Source: Chiloscyllium plagiosum (taxonomy: Eukaryota). From it: a DNA stretch of 35,687 nt. Of this stretch, positions 11,311 through 21,256 are shown one piece after another. Below the pieces are notes generated by a model, which saw only the letters and a list, made by a program, of their open reading frames with translations, searched no databases and was not told where the DNA came from. The position numbers and the translations under genes are program-made. Position 1 is the stretch's first letter. Each line of letters begins with the position of its first letter. The stretch spans positions 1 to 35,687 of the forward strand of contig NW_025213748.1 in the NCBI RefSeq assembly GCF_004010195.1, given 5' to 3'.

Positions 11311-14300
11311 AAAGGGATGACAGTGGAAAGACAAAGAGCTCATGGATGAACTGCAACAACTGTTCACTCCTATCTAGCCCAAACATCATACGTGACCAAA
11401 CATGGCTTACAAGGGAAATCAGAGATAGCATTAATCTATGGAAGAAGCATCAAATTGGCCAGAAATAAACAATTGACCTAAGGAGTGGGAGCAGTTTAGT
11501 ATTCAGCAAAGGAGGACAAAGGGATTGATAAGGAAAGACAAAATAGAGAATGAGAGTAAGCCTGTGGGGAAAGTAAAAACTACCTAAAACGTTTCTGTAA
11601 GAACATAAAGGGAAAAAGATTGATGGAGACAAAGGTAGGTCCCTCACAGTCAAAGACAGGTGAATTTATAATGGTGAAAAAGTAATTGCTAACTAACAAA
11701 ACACTTACATTAGGTCTGTGTTCACAAAGGAAAACATAAATAAAATGCCAGAAATGTTGGGAGCACAGGGTTTAAAGAAAGGGAAAATCAATATTAGTAG
11801 GGAAATCATGTTGGTGAGATTGAAGGCTGATAAATACCCAAGCCCTGATAATCTAAATTTCAGAGTACTTAATGAAATGGCCCTAGTAATAAAAGATACA
11901 TTAGTGGTCAAGTTCAAAGATTCTATAGACACTAGAACTGTTCCTACAGGTTTGAGGGTGGCTAATGTAATCCCATTGTTTAAGAAGGGAGGCAGAAATT
12001 AAACCCGGAACATGTCAGTATTGGGACAAGTACTAAAGTCCGTTATAAAAGATTTCATAGCTGAGTGCTTGGAAAGCAGTGGCAAGATTGGACAGAGTTG
12101 GCAAAGATTTACGACAGGGAAGTTATGCTTGACAAACCTACTGGAATCCTTCCAAGATGTAACTAGAAGAGTCGATGAGGAGAAGCCAATGTATGTGGTT
12201 ATTTGGACATTCAGGAACGCTTTCAACAAAGTCCCACATGGAGAGATTGGGATGTAAAATGTAAAATAGGACTGGAGTAGTGTATTGAAATGGATAGAAA
12301 GGTGGTTGGTGGACAGGAAACAAAGAGTAGGGATAAATGCATCTTTTTTCAAATAGCTGGTAGTGACTAGCAGATTCCACAGAGATCAGTGCTAGGAACC
12401 CAGCTATTCTCAATATTTATTAATGCTTCAGATGAGGGGACTAAATGCGATATCTCCAAATTTGCAGAGGTCACAAAGTTGGTTGGAAGAGTGAGCTAAG
12501 AGGTGGATGCAATATGATTTGGACAAGTTGAGTAAATGGGCAAATACATAACAGATGCAGTGTAATGTGGATACATATGATGCTATCCACTTTGAAGCAA
12601 AATCGGGAAAACAGATTACTATCTGAATGGCTATAAATTGAGAGAGGGGAATTTGCAATGAGAAGTAGGTGTCCTCATACACCAGCCACTGAAAGTGAGT
12701 ATGCAGGTGCAGCAGACAGTCAAGAAGGCTAATGGCATATTGGATTTCATAGTGAAAGGATTTGAGTACAAGGGCAGGGACATCTTGCCGCAATTATACA
12801 GAGTCTCGGTGAGATCACACCTGGAACACTGTGAGAAGTTTTGGTCTCTTTATCTGAGGAAGGATGTTTTGCTACAGAGGGAAGGCAGTAACGTTTTACC
12901 AGACTGACTCCTGGGATGGTAGGGTTGACATATGAGGGGAGGTTGAATTAGTTAGGGTTGTATTCACTGGAGTTCATAGAAACCTATAAACTTTTACAAC
13001 ATGATCTAACGAGGTAAATGCAAGAATGATGTTCCTGATGAAGAACTTGTCCAGTACCAGGAGTCACAATCTAAGGATACAGGGTAACTCCATTGGAGGA
13101 GGAGAAATTTCTTCAAAGAGGGATGAGCTTTAGAATTCCCTACCACAGAAAGCAGTTAAGGCTGAAACATTGGATGATTTTAAGAAGGAGCTTGGTATAA
13201 CACTTGGGGCTAAAGGCATCAAAAGATATTTGGAAAAAGTGGGAACAAGCTACTGAATTGGATGATCAGCCACGATCATAATGAATGGGAAAACAGGCCA
13301 AAACAGCCAAATGATCTATGCTTGCTCCAATTTTCTATGTTTGTATCTCAATCAAAGCTAACAAGTAGAGTTGGAGAAATCTGCAGCAATGGAAAGGGAG
13401 TAAAGTGCTTCATTGTGGCAGAGGAAGATAATGTATTTTCACTTTATGCTTTAGTAACCTGTCTTTTATCCTTTTCCATACCATTTCTTTATCTTTTGCA
13501 TTCATGATTTATGTTTCCTCAGTAACTTATGTCATCCACTCTGACCACCAGATTGTGATATTTGTTAATGGGTCCACAAAATTCAAACCACTTGTATCCT
13601 TCTCATTCTATGATGGTCATTTGCACTTTCTGTTATTATAACTCAATATTTTTTCAGTCAGACTCATCATTTGGTCATTACTTCTTAAGTTGTCTTCCTT
13701 TGCAGCCAATATAATTATACACTTTTTAATGTATTTCATGGTGTGCCCTCCTGCATAGGGGTTTGGCAGTACAGACGGTGGTTTGTTCTTCGTCTGCATC
13801 ATGTGCCCTGGTAACTGTGACCCTGGCAATGGTTTACGACCATCAGTTGTTCATTACAGAAAGTTATTCAGCCTCAAATATCAGTGGCAAACAGCAAGTT
13901 GGTTTCTGTCTAAGCAAAACATGTTAATAGTAGGTCATTTTTGTCTAGTAAATGAATAACACTTTTTGTGGTTTTGTCTGCCCAGTTTGATCAGTTTTAA
14001 TGACTGAATTTGGTTCAGAGTGCTGAACAACTCTGTAGGAGTGTCTGTGATACCAGAACCTTGACTGGTTGCCTTTGAAGACAAGTATGCATCAGGGAAA
14101 TATTATTCTCCAGGCCACCTCAACATTCTGTTGATCAAGCATTGATGCAAGCTGCAGATGACAAGTAGCTTCATTTAAAATTGCACTGATGGTTTATAAG
14201 AGCTCCAGCTTATTGGAGCTTTCTGTCGATTAATGTGCATGTGCGTGTTCTGTACTCTGGTACTGAGTATAATGTAATGGGAAGAAAAAGAGGCAAGAAG

Positions 14301-15486
14301 TCAAACCAGCTTCTTTGCATGGTAGTTGCCTTGGCTGCAGCACTTATCCCCACTCACATTCCCAAAATAGCCAGGAATAATTGAAGAAAAATATCACAAC
14401 AGTATGGTCAGCTCAGCTTTTTCTCTCCATGTCAAGGGAAATGGCATTCATTACACTTGCATCAGACAGGGCAGGTCACTGGGATGCTAACCTTGGAATA
14501 TCCTGGTCCTAAAACTGTAACTCAAAGAAACTCAATGTAATAAACCAAACAATAACAGGCTATCTTCAGTTTACTTGATAGTACTCAGCTGGGTTGTTCA
14601 TTGTTTTGTAACTGTAATATGAGTGAGAATGTCACTGTACATTCTCAGTTTGATTCGCAGACCCTTTCTCTAAGTTCTTGTTGTACTTTTCTGTACTGGT
14701 AATTGAATTGCCTCCAGTGACTAGTTTTAAAGAAACAGAAATAGTCAATAGAAACCACAGTAATATTAGAGCCGAAAGACTCCAGCCAGACATATCAGCC
14801 TTTTATGAAGGTAATAGTTGAAATGCATAAGCAATATTGGCTGCAAAATATACCTTTTATCACATGTTAAAAGAAACAGTAGAATAGACACTGAAACAGT
14901 AAATCATATGAAGGTTCATTAGGATCTATTCTTACAACTTGTTTTAAATGTAGATTGCTGGTTGTGTTCCTTAAATTAAACAGTGGGTTGTTTCTAATCA
15001 GCTATGAGAAATGAAATGATGCATAATTAATGAACGATACTGTTTACGTTTGAAACTAATGTATTTTCTATTGTCATTACCCTCAAGGCCTTTTCTATGT
15101 GGCTATTACGAATACCACAAGTCATCATTGAAACTAGAAATTAGAATGTGATAATTAAATGGAATAAGTACTTTTTCCTAGTTTAAAAAGTGTTTTCAAT
15201 GTCTTTTGAATGCTATAATGTGTCGTTTTAAAGCTGATTTTATCGAAGTAGAGTTAAAGATCCATTATAAAGCACTAACCTAGGCAACAATCTATCTTCG
15301 GAATCCTCTGTCGTTTGAAGTTTCCTGAATGTACAAATACCAAACCACTATACCAAAAAGCAAAGGATCCCATCGTGACTTCTTCTTAACATCGGTAAAA
15401 GCTGACAATGTGTATTCGCTGCGAATATTAGTCTGCAGCTTCACTGCGAACCTGGACACATTTACTGTATGCAGAGTGGTCGTTAC

Positions 15487-15750
15487 CTGTTTTTTCACGC
15501 CACTTCACTGGGGACTCCTACAACTTGCACTGTTTCATGAGGAGAGAGCCATGGGTGTGATGCGAAGCCCAAAGGTCCAGAGAGCAGGCGCACACACAAT
15601 GGCCAGAGACAGCACTACATAGGGTACAAGAAACCATTAAGGCTGAAAACTACCATTCCCAGTTGCAGAATCATCCCTCAAGGCTTCAAACAGTCACTGA
15701 CCTTAATGGTACATGTCACTTTTATCGCCCATAATTATCATTAAGGTGCT
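15487..15750 (-). promoter_or_regulatory. Candidate promoter/enhancer with ZNF143/THAP11-type motif and possible non-coding first exon
   Basis: ACTACCATTCCCAG at 15649-15662 resembles ACTACAnnTCCCA. Minus-strand donor CAG|GTAACG at 15487/15486. Three CATTAAGG/CCTTAATG homeodomain-type sites. CpG frequency visibly rises here. Confidence 0.35.
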
Positions 15751-16614
15751 GATACTCCTTGACGGTGTACTGAGATGTGATTTTCCCAAAATAAGACCCT
15801 CTTGGAACCTACTAACACGCTATGTGGAATCAACTTTTCGGCACGAACCATATACAGCATTTTCTGTACCCTTTTTAAAATTAAACTAAACTTAAACAAT
15901 ATCTTCTGGTGCTAATTGGCATAGGTTCCTTTGTAGGCAAGTACATTTGTATTTTGCATTCCAAAACTCACATTTAATCCCACAGAATTGCACAGGATTA
16001 ATGCTGGCTATTACATTAAAAATCATCAAACAATTCAAGGTTTGTGGGTGACATAATTTCGGAGGCGTGCAAAAGTCTTTGGTAAATAATCCACTTCGTG
16101 TGTATGTTACATAACATTTGGTTAATTTTCAACAATTTAAGTAGATTACGCTCTAATATAATACTTGGTCGAGTTACTTCCCGCTTTATCATTTTAAATG
16201 TTACAGCGCTGTGTTCTCCTCGGTCTGATTACGTTATACTTCGAAGACAAATGGATTCTGTTATTACATGAAAATATTTAAACTGGTAAACACATTTTAA
16301 TTTGAATGCTGTCTTGAATTTAACCCTTCACCTGTATAACTAAATACATAATTGAAACTGCTACGGTATGTTTCAATTTCCTGATCATTCTATGTGAATT
16401 GTAAGATCCGTTCCGTCAAACAGTTCAATCTGCCTATTGCATGCTTGTCCCCCAATGATGTGTGGTGCTGATGTCTGGAGGACGGAATACCGCTCTGACC
16501 AGGGACGCTTGCCTGCTACCAATATACTGCAGGCGCTTGCCTTGGAGCCTGTGTATGTTTCCCTACAACTATATACTCACTTAAGAAGTGTTCATATCTA
16601 AAATTTTTCCAGTG

Positions 16615-16725
16615 TTGATGAAAGGTTATCATTCTGAAAGGTTAAGTCTGTTTCTGTGTCCCGGCTCGCTGCCTGATCTGATGTATGTTCTGTTTGTATT
16701 TCAGACTTCCAGCATCTGCAATATT
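16615..16725 (+). mobile_element. Degenerate fragment of the abundant shark Penelope-like terminal repeat
   Basis: TGATGAAAGGTTATC..CTGAAAGGTTAAGTCTGTTTCT...GCTGCCTGATCTG...TTCTGTTTGTATTTCAGACTTCCAGCATCTGCA. Same family as the better preserved copy at 21153-21256. Confidence 0.65.
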
Positions 16726-17229
16726 CACCTTGCTATTGTGAACTTCTCCAGCTGAGGTTTTGCACTTGGCGTTTCAATTCTTATTTTGACTCCATATCAA
16801 AATTTGCATGGGGCAGATAATCTAGAGATCTTTCTTTGATTTGAACCCCTTGGTAATGCCATTGCAGCGTATACTGGGACAGTGCCTTGCAACTGTGGGC
16901 GCTCATAAATGCAGTTTGAAACCTATTAGCAATGGATCGAAGGTCCATGTGTGATGCAACATAAACCTGCTTGGGTATAGCGTGTAGAGAACTGGAGAAA
17001 AACCAAATGAATAGCACAGAAAAGTCAGCTGCCATCTTTATTACTGGACATATAAAACTTGACACTCCAGCATTCAAAACTTATTTGAATACAACACGTG
17101 CAAAATCTTCAGAAGGCTGCATTTACACAAGACTGAGGCGAAAACTAAAAAGTGCAAGGAAACTGGTCGGAACTGTGTTTGATGCTTTTGAAAGCAGCGA
17201 TCTGGAATAACACCCAATTCCTAAATCTC

Positions 17230-17685
17230 CCTCCACTCCTTTCCCCAACTCCCAATTCCTCATATTCAATTCAGATCTGGTATGCTGGTTACTCACTCTT
17301 TATAAAAACGAATTCCACATGCTTTTCACGATCTGGCCATTACCGAATTGGCACCAACTTCAAAAATAATCCCCTTTTATCACTTTCCAAACTTGCGACC
17401 TCTCCCAACCAGAAGGACAAGTGCAGCAGATGCAGGAGGACAACACAACCTGCAAGTCCCCCTCCAAGTCACACACCATCCTGACTTCAAAATACCATGT
17501 TTCTTGGCTGTTGCTGCGTTAAAAATCCTGGACCTCTCTCCCCTTCAGTACTGGGTGCCCCTACTCCTCAAGGACTGCTGTGGTTCAAACAAAACCAGCT
17601 CGCCACCCCCTTTTCCAGGGAAATCAGGGAAAGAGCAGTAAATGCTGGATTAACTGGCGAAGCCCTACATTCCATGAACGAAGGA
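17230..17685 (+). mobile_element. 3' end of an old L2/CR1-group LINE
   Basis: AGAAGGACAAGTGCAGCAGATGCAGG..ACCTGCAAGTCCCCCTCCAAGTCACACACCATCCTGACTT...AAAATCCTGGA...GGACTGCTGTGGTTCAA...GCAGTAAATGCTGG...CATTCCATGAACGAA, a recognisable shark LINE terminus. The left boundary is approximate. Confidence 0.75.
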
Positions 17686-17818
17686 AAACCAGTGAGGTAA
17701 AAATGCCGCCTGTCTTTATATTTTACTCTTGTCACTTGATAGTGAAACACACGTGGAAGGGCTGTGCAAAAACTATAACGTCGAAACTTTGTTTTTCCTG
17801 CAATGCATTGCATTTGTT

Positions 17819-17837
17819 TTTATTCAATTCATTTATT
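17819..17837 (-). terminator. Candidate distal otp polyadenylation signals (two AATAAA)
   Basis: TTTATT on + at 17819-17824 and 17832-17837, i.e. AATAAA on the otp strand. Confidence 0.4.
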
Positions 17838-18410
17838 GAATTTCCACAGATCGAGTTTCACTTTTTGAACGCTTCTGACATCTCTAAATACAAATAACTG
17901 TACATGAAATCATAGAGCTTTTTTCTTATAAATTCCGTTAAAGGTTTAATACACATTGTGTATTAAAAACATCTTAAAATAATAACCATCACTTAGTTGC
18001 TAAATTGGGCAGTGATGAACAGAATGGTAATTCCTATGTTTCTGTGCTCTTTTAACTGTACTCTCCTATTGAATGCATCGAAAGCCCAGCCAACACTTAA
18101 CCAGTACGTTGTTTTTTTTTAAGTTATGATGTATTAATTTGTCGTTGTTTAATAATAAACATAACTCTGCAATAGCTTGACTAATTTGGAAACAGATTCA
18201 GTGCCTTGCTGAGTCGGGCTGTAGATGACAGCTAAAAAGGCACAGAGGATGCTATCGCGTATTATCAGAAAGGGATGTTAAGCCAAGATCACACAATCCG
18301 AAAACATGAAGAGAATATTGTATATTACATATTCAAAATGGCAGGATTTCCCCCTCTGTAATGAATAAATTTTAACCCAGCGCAAAAGAAAATCAATAAC
18401 AGATCAAACA

Positions 18411-18416
18411 TTTATT
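18411..18416 (-). terminator. Candidate proximal otp polyadenylation signal
   Basis: AATAAA on the minus strand, preceded by TGTA/AU-rich sequence (TGTACTTATTTATTG) and followed by GU/U-rich sequence (TGTTTGATCTGTTATTGATTTTCTTTTG). Implies a ~1.35-kb 3'UTR. Confidence 0.55.
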
Positions 18417-19758
18417 TGTAAATCTATGTTCAATAAATAAGTACAGACAATAAGTTAAAACATATCACGAATCGACCAATGTATAACCGGTATGGTTATT
18501 CTACACAAAAAACATCCTATATCACAGCTTTGATCATTTCGTTCACATGAAACTTCCGCCCAATAGTTAATTCTGACCAGTTCATGCAGGTGAAGATGTG
18601 GAGTTTGTACTTTATGTTGGCTCTGGGCTTCGAAATACTCACGTGCACATGGCATGCTGGTGACCTTCCTCTCGGCATGCTGTGCAAGTGGCATTTTTCA
18701 ACTGAAGGATTTTTCTCATATATAAAAAAAGAAAATCACGCAAGTCATGAGCTACGACCACGGAGAACCGAGTCTCGCAAACGATATAACATAGTGCATT
18801 GAGAAAAGAGTATTAATCAGTACACCTTCTTGCACCGCCTTTTTGTGTTACCGCGGCTGCTGTAGTGCAAGACTGAAGTATGTTTCAGTGTGGTCTCTTG
18901 ATTGAATGGTGAATCAAAACATATGTTGTGCAGTCAATTTGTTAAAAGTGCAGAGGCAACACTGCAAAGGCTAATCTCACATATCTATCTGTCATTGACT
19001 ATCCAGCCTCTTCTGCAACCAAGGGAAGTGAGTCGTGGTCAATTGAAATGATCATAAATTAGGTATCTTTTGAGGGGTAAGGATATTCAGGGTCATGGAA
19101 TCCAGGTGGGCAATTGGAGTTGAACTAGTGGTCAGCCAGGACCAGTTTGAATTAGGGGGCAGGCTGGCTGTGTATCTACTCCTGGGGGGGGGGGGGCAGG
19201 TGAAGAGTCAGGGGAGCGGGAAAGGGCCCGGAGGTAATGACAGTGAAGTTCACCGAAATGTCCAAGAAGCTGGGCCTGCTGAAGTGTATCAGAGTGATTA
19301 CATACTAATGAGACATGTGCAGAATACAAACGTGCAGAAATTCAAAGCAAATGAAAGAGAGAAAAAGAAACACAATTCCCCTAAAGTTGGTCAGAGCTCC
19401 TTCTTTGTGTGATTTAACATGTTATTGCAACAGGTCAACTCTAGCCATGTGGAAATGTGATTGAGAAAGATGAGGCAGCTCAGAGTTCCAGATCACCGCC
19501 ACTGACACAGTTCTTGAAGTTGAGTCCATATGGTGTTCACTTTGTCCCTGGTGCCTCGAGTGGGTTCTTTAAATATTAATAATTTTAAAGAGTTTGACCA
19601 ACCACCCTCCCTCTCCCTCCCACCTGCTATTTGAGTGTGGGTACTGAAGGATGCATTTCAAACCCTGAGTCGACTCCCTGGCTGTTTGGCTGCTGGACAG
19701 AAGGTTGGGGAGGAGGGGAAAGAGGGGGGTGAGGGGAGAGCTGCTCAGGGGAGCTGCA

Positions 19759-20262
19759 TTAGGTGAAGCTCATAGACACTGTGTGCTCGAGTGCTTTGCG
19801 GCGCAGGGAGGCGATGCTGGTCCCCCGCCACACGTCGCTGTCCGGGGAGCTGCAGAGCTGCGGCGAGCCGCTCGTCACGTTGCCGGGGCCGGCGAGGGAA
19901 GCGGGCACCATGCCCGGGAAAGTGGGCTGGTACAGGTGGGACTGCAAGCCTCCGCCGTTAGCGCTGGCCAGGCTGTTGGAGAGCCCCATGGAATTGGGTG
20001 GCCCGCCGAGGCTGCACTGGGACAGGGACTGAGCCATGGCCTGTTGCCTGCCCAGGGCCGGGGGCAGCTGGAGCTGCGAGACGCCCACCCCCGCCGTGGC
20101 CCAGCGGGTATCGTTGGCGTGGAAGGAGCACAGGCCGTCTCCCATGCTGGCGCCCGGGAACTGAGGCAGTCCAGGAGTCGGCAGCAGCGTGCCCGGCGCA
20201 CGGAACACATTGGTGGTCTTCTTGCGCTTCTTCCACTTGGCGCGGCGATTCTGAAACCAAAC
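19759..20262 (-). CDS. otp: Orthopedia exon 3 (homeodomain residues 47-60, C-terminal region, OAR motif, stop)
   Basis: Acceptor CCTCAG|GTT at 20263/20262. [36 protein letters not shown]...[22 protein letters not shown] matches vertebrate Otp. OAR at ~19783-19827; TAA at 19761-19759. Confidence 0.98.
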   Translation of the reverse strand, partial: VWFQNRRAKWKKRKKTTNVFRAPGTLLPTPGLPQFPGASMGDGLCSFHANDTRWATAGVGVSQLQLPPALGRQQAMAQSLSQCSLGGPPNSMGLSNSLASANGGGLQSHLYQPTFPGMVPASLAGPGNVTSGSPQLCSSPDSDVWRGTSIASLRRKALEHTVSMSFT

Positions 20263-20390
20263 CTGAGGTGGTGGGGATGGGGGGGGGAAAGAAAGGACAC
20301 ACAATTAATGAGAGACATTGCAAAACTCTGAAGAACACCAAGAGCCAAAGGGGAGAGTGTCCAGTAAGAGCACAAAACTGAGCTGGATCC

Positions 20391-20574
20391 ACTGTGTGTG
20401 TGTATATGTGCACTGTCTATGTGTATGTGTGTGCACTGTCTATGTGTATGTGTGTGCACTGCCTATGTGTATGTGTGTGCACTGTCTATGTGTATGTATA
20501 TGTGCACTGTCTATGTGTGTGTGTGTGTATGTGTGCACTGTCTATGTGTGCACTGTCTATGTGTGTGTGTGCAC
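20391..20574 (+). repeat. TG-rich minisatellite, ~23-bp unit CACTGTCTATGTGTATGTGTGTG, ~7-8 variable copies, in otp intron 2
   Basis: Directly visible tandem repeat; unit length varies through TG dinucleotide slippage. Confidence 0.92.
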
Positions 20575-21152
20575 ATGACAGAATATTCACGGATTGTGGT
20601 CTCCCAGTTTGGTTGAGAATACTCCTTCCTTTCCCAGATCATCTCCAGTTTTGACTGACCCAACCCAAACCTCGCCACTGTTCCCCATGCACATGATTCA
20701 ACCCAACTACGAAATTTCACAGGTACTCAAATAAATTGATGCTACCCACGACTCCCCAGAGAAGGGTGATCATCAGGTTTATAAGTGGGGAGGAGGGTTG
20801 TGACTGGGAGTGAGGGAGGAGGGCAGGTTGTCTTCTTTTCCTTGGAACGGCGAGGGCGAAAGGTCAACTCCCGGAAAAAATTACTGCAGATGGGCCGATG
20901 ACAAAGAGACCATTAGGGGCATCAGCTCAAGAACAACAGGGCAATTTAAGGAAACGATTGTTGGGGGGGGGGGACCTTAAAGGCACATTCAGGAAGGCAA
21001 ACACTTAAAAGTAGAACAAATTTATTCCTCCACATTCAAAATTAAAAAACGTTGCCCTAAAAGGGACCGAGGTAATGTTATCAGTTTATTTTGGAAGAGC
21101 GCGTTGAAATTGAAGGAGTTTTTACCACCTATCATATGCCCGTTTTGAACTT

Positions 21153-21256
21153 TCTGAAACTAAAACAGAAATTGCTGGAGAAACTCAGCAGGTCTGGCAG
21201 TATCTGTGGGAAAAAAAGCAGAGTTAACGTTTCGAGTCCGGTGACCTTTCATCAAG
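21153..21256 (-). mobile_element. Penelope-like terminal repeat fragment with hammerhead-like core, in otp intron 2
   Basis: Reverse complement TTGATGAAAGGTCACCGGACTCGAAACGTTAACTCTGCTTTTTTTCCCACAGATACTGCCAGACCTGCTGAGTTTCTCCAGCAATTTCTGTTTT, a very common shark repeat. Confidence 0.75.

Larger units (their letters stand above)
9361..13346 (+). mobile_element. Decayed CR1-clade LINE (part of ORF1 esterase, ORF2 APE endonuclease plus RT, 3' tail) with nested insertions
   Basis: ORF1-like ILEREGEQSVIMVHIG at 9361. Endonuclease start LKVLCLNT*SIQNKVDEL (~9853) and METRLQGDQGWELNIQKYSVFRNDRQKG. Pre-RT KYPSPDNLNFRVL and ANVIPLFKKG. RT GKLCLTNLLESFQDVT...AFNKVPH (12012-12257) and post-RT VKKANGILDFI...LYRVSVRSHLEHC. 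CR1-type 3' end GCTCCAATTTTCTATGTT at ~13324-13341. Many stops and frameshifts. Confidence 0.93.

Noticed and set aside
11718..12907. LINE ORF2 fragments as a functional reverse transcriptase
   Set aside because: Fragmented by stops and frameshifts, with degenerate catalytic motifs.
14200..14220. AGCTCCA...TGGAGCT mini-hairpin
   Set aside because: Short stem with no supporting context.
18828..18872. TCTTGCAC...GTGCAAGA inverted repeat in the 3'UTR
   Set aside because: Only an 8-9 bp stem with a large loop, within chance expectation.
19705..20459. Overlapping and antisense ORFs over otp exon 3
   Set aside because: Shadow ORFs from GC-rich codon usage and the adjacent TG minisatellite.
20318..20720. 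Cys/Val-rich ORFs
   Set aside because: Translations of the TG minisatellite.
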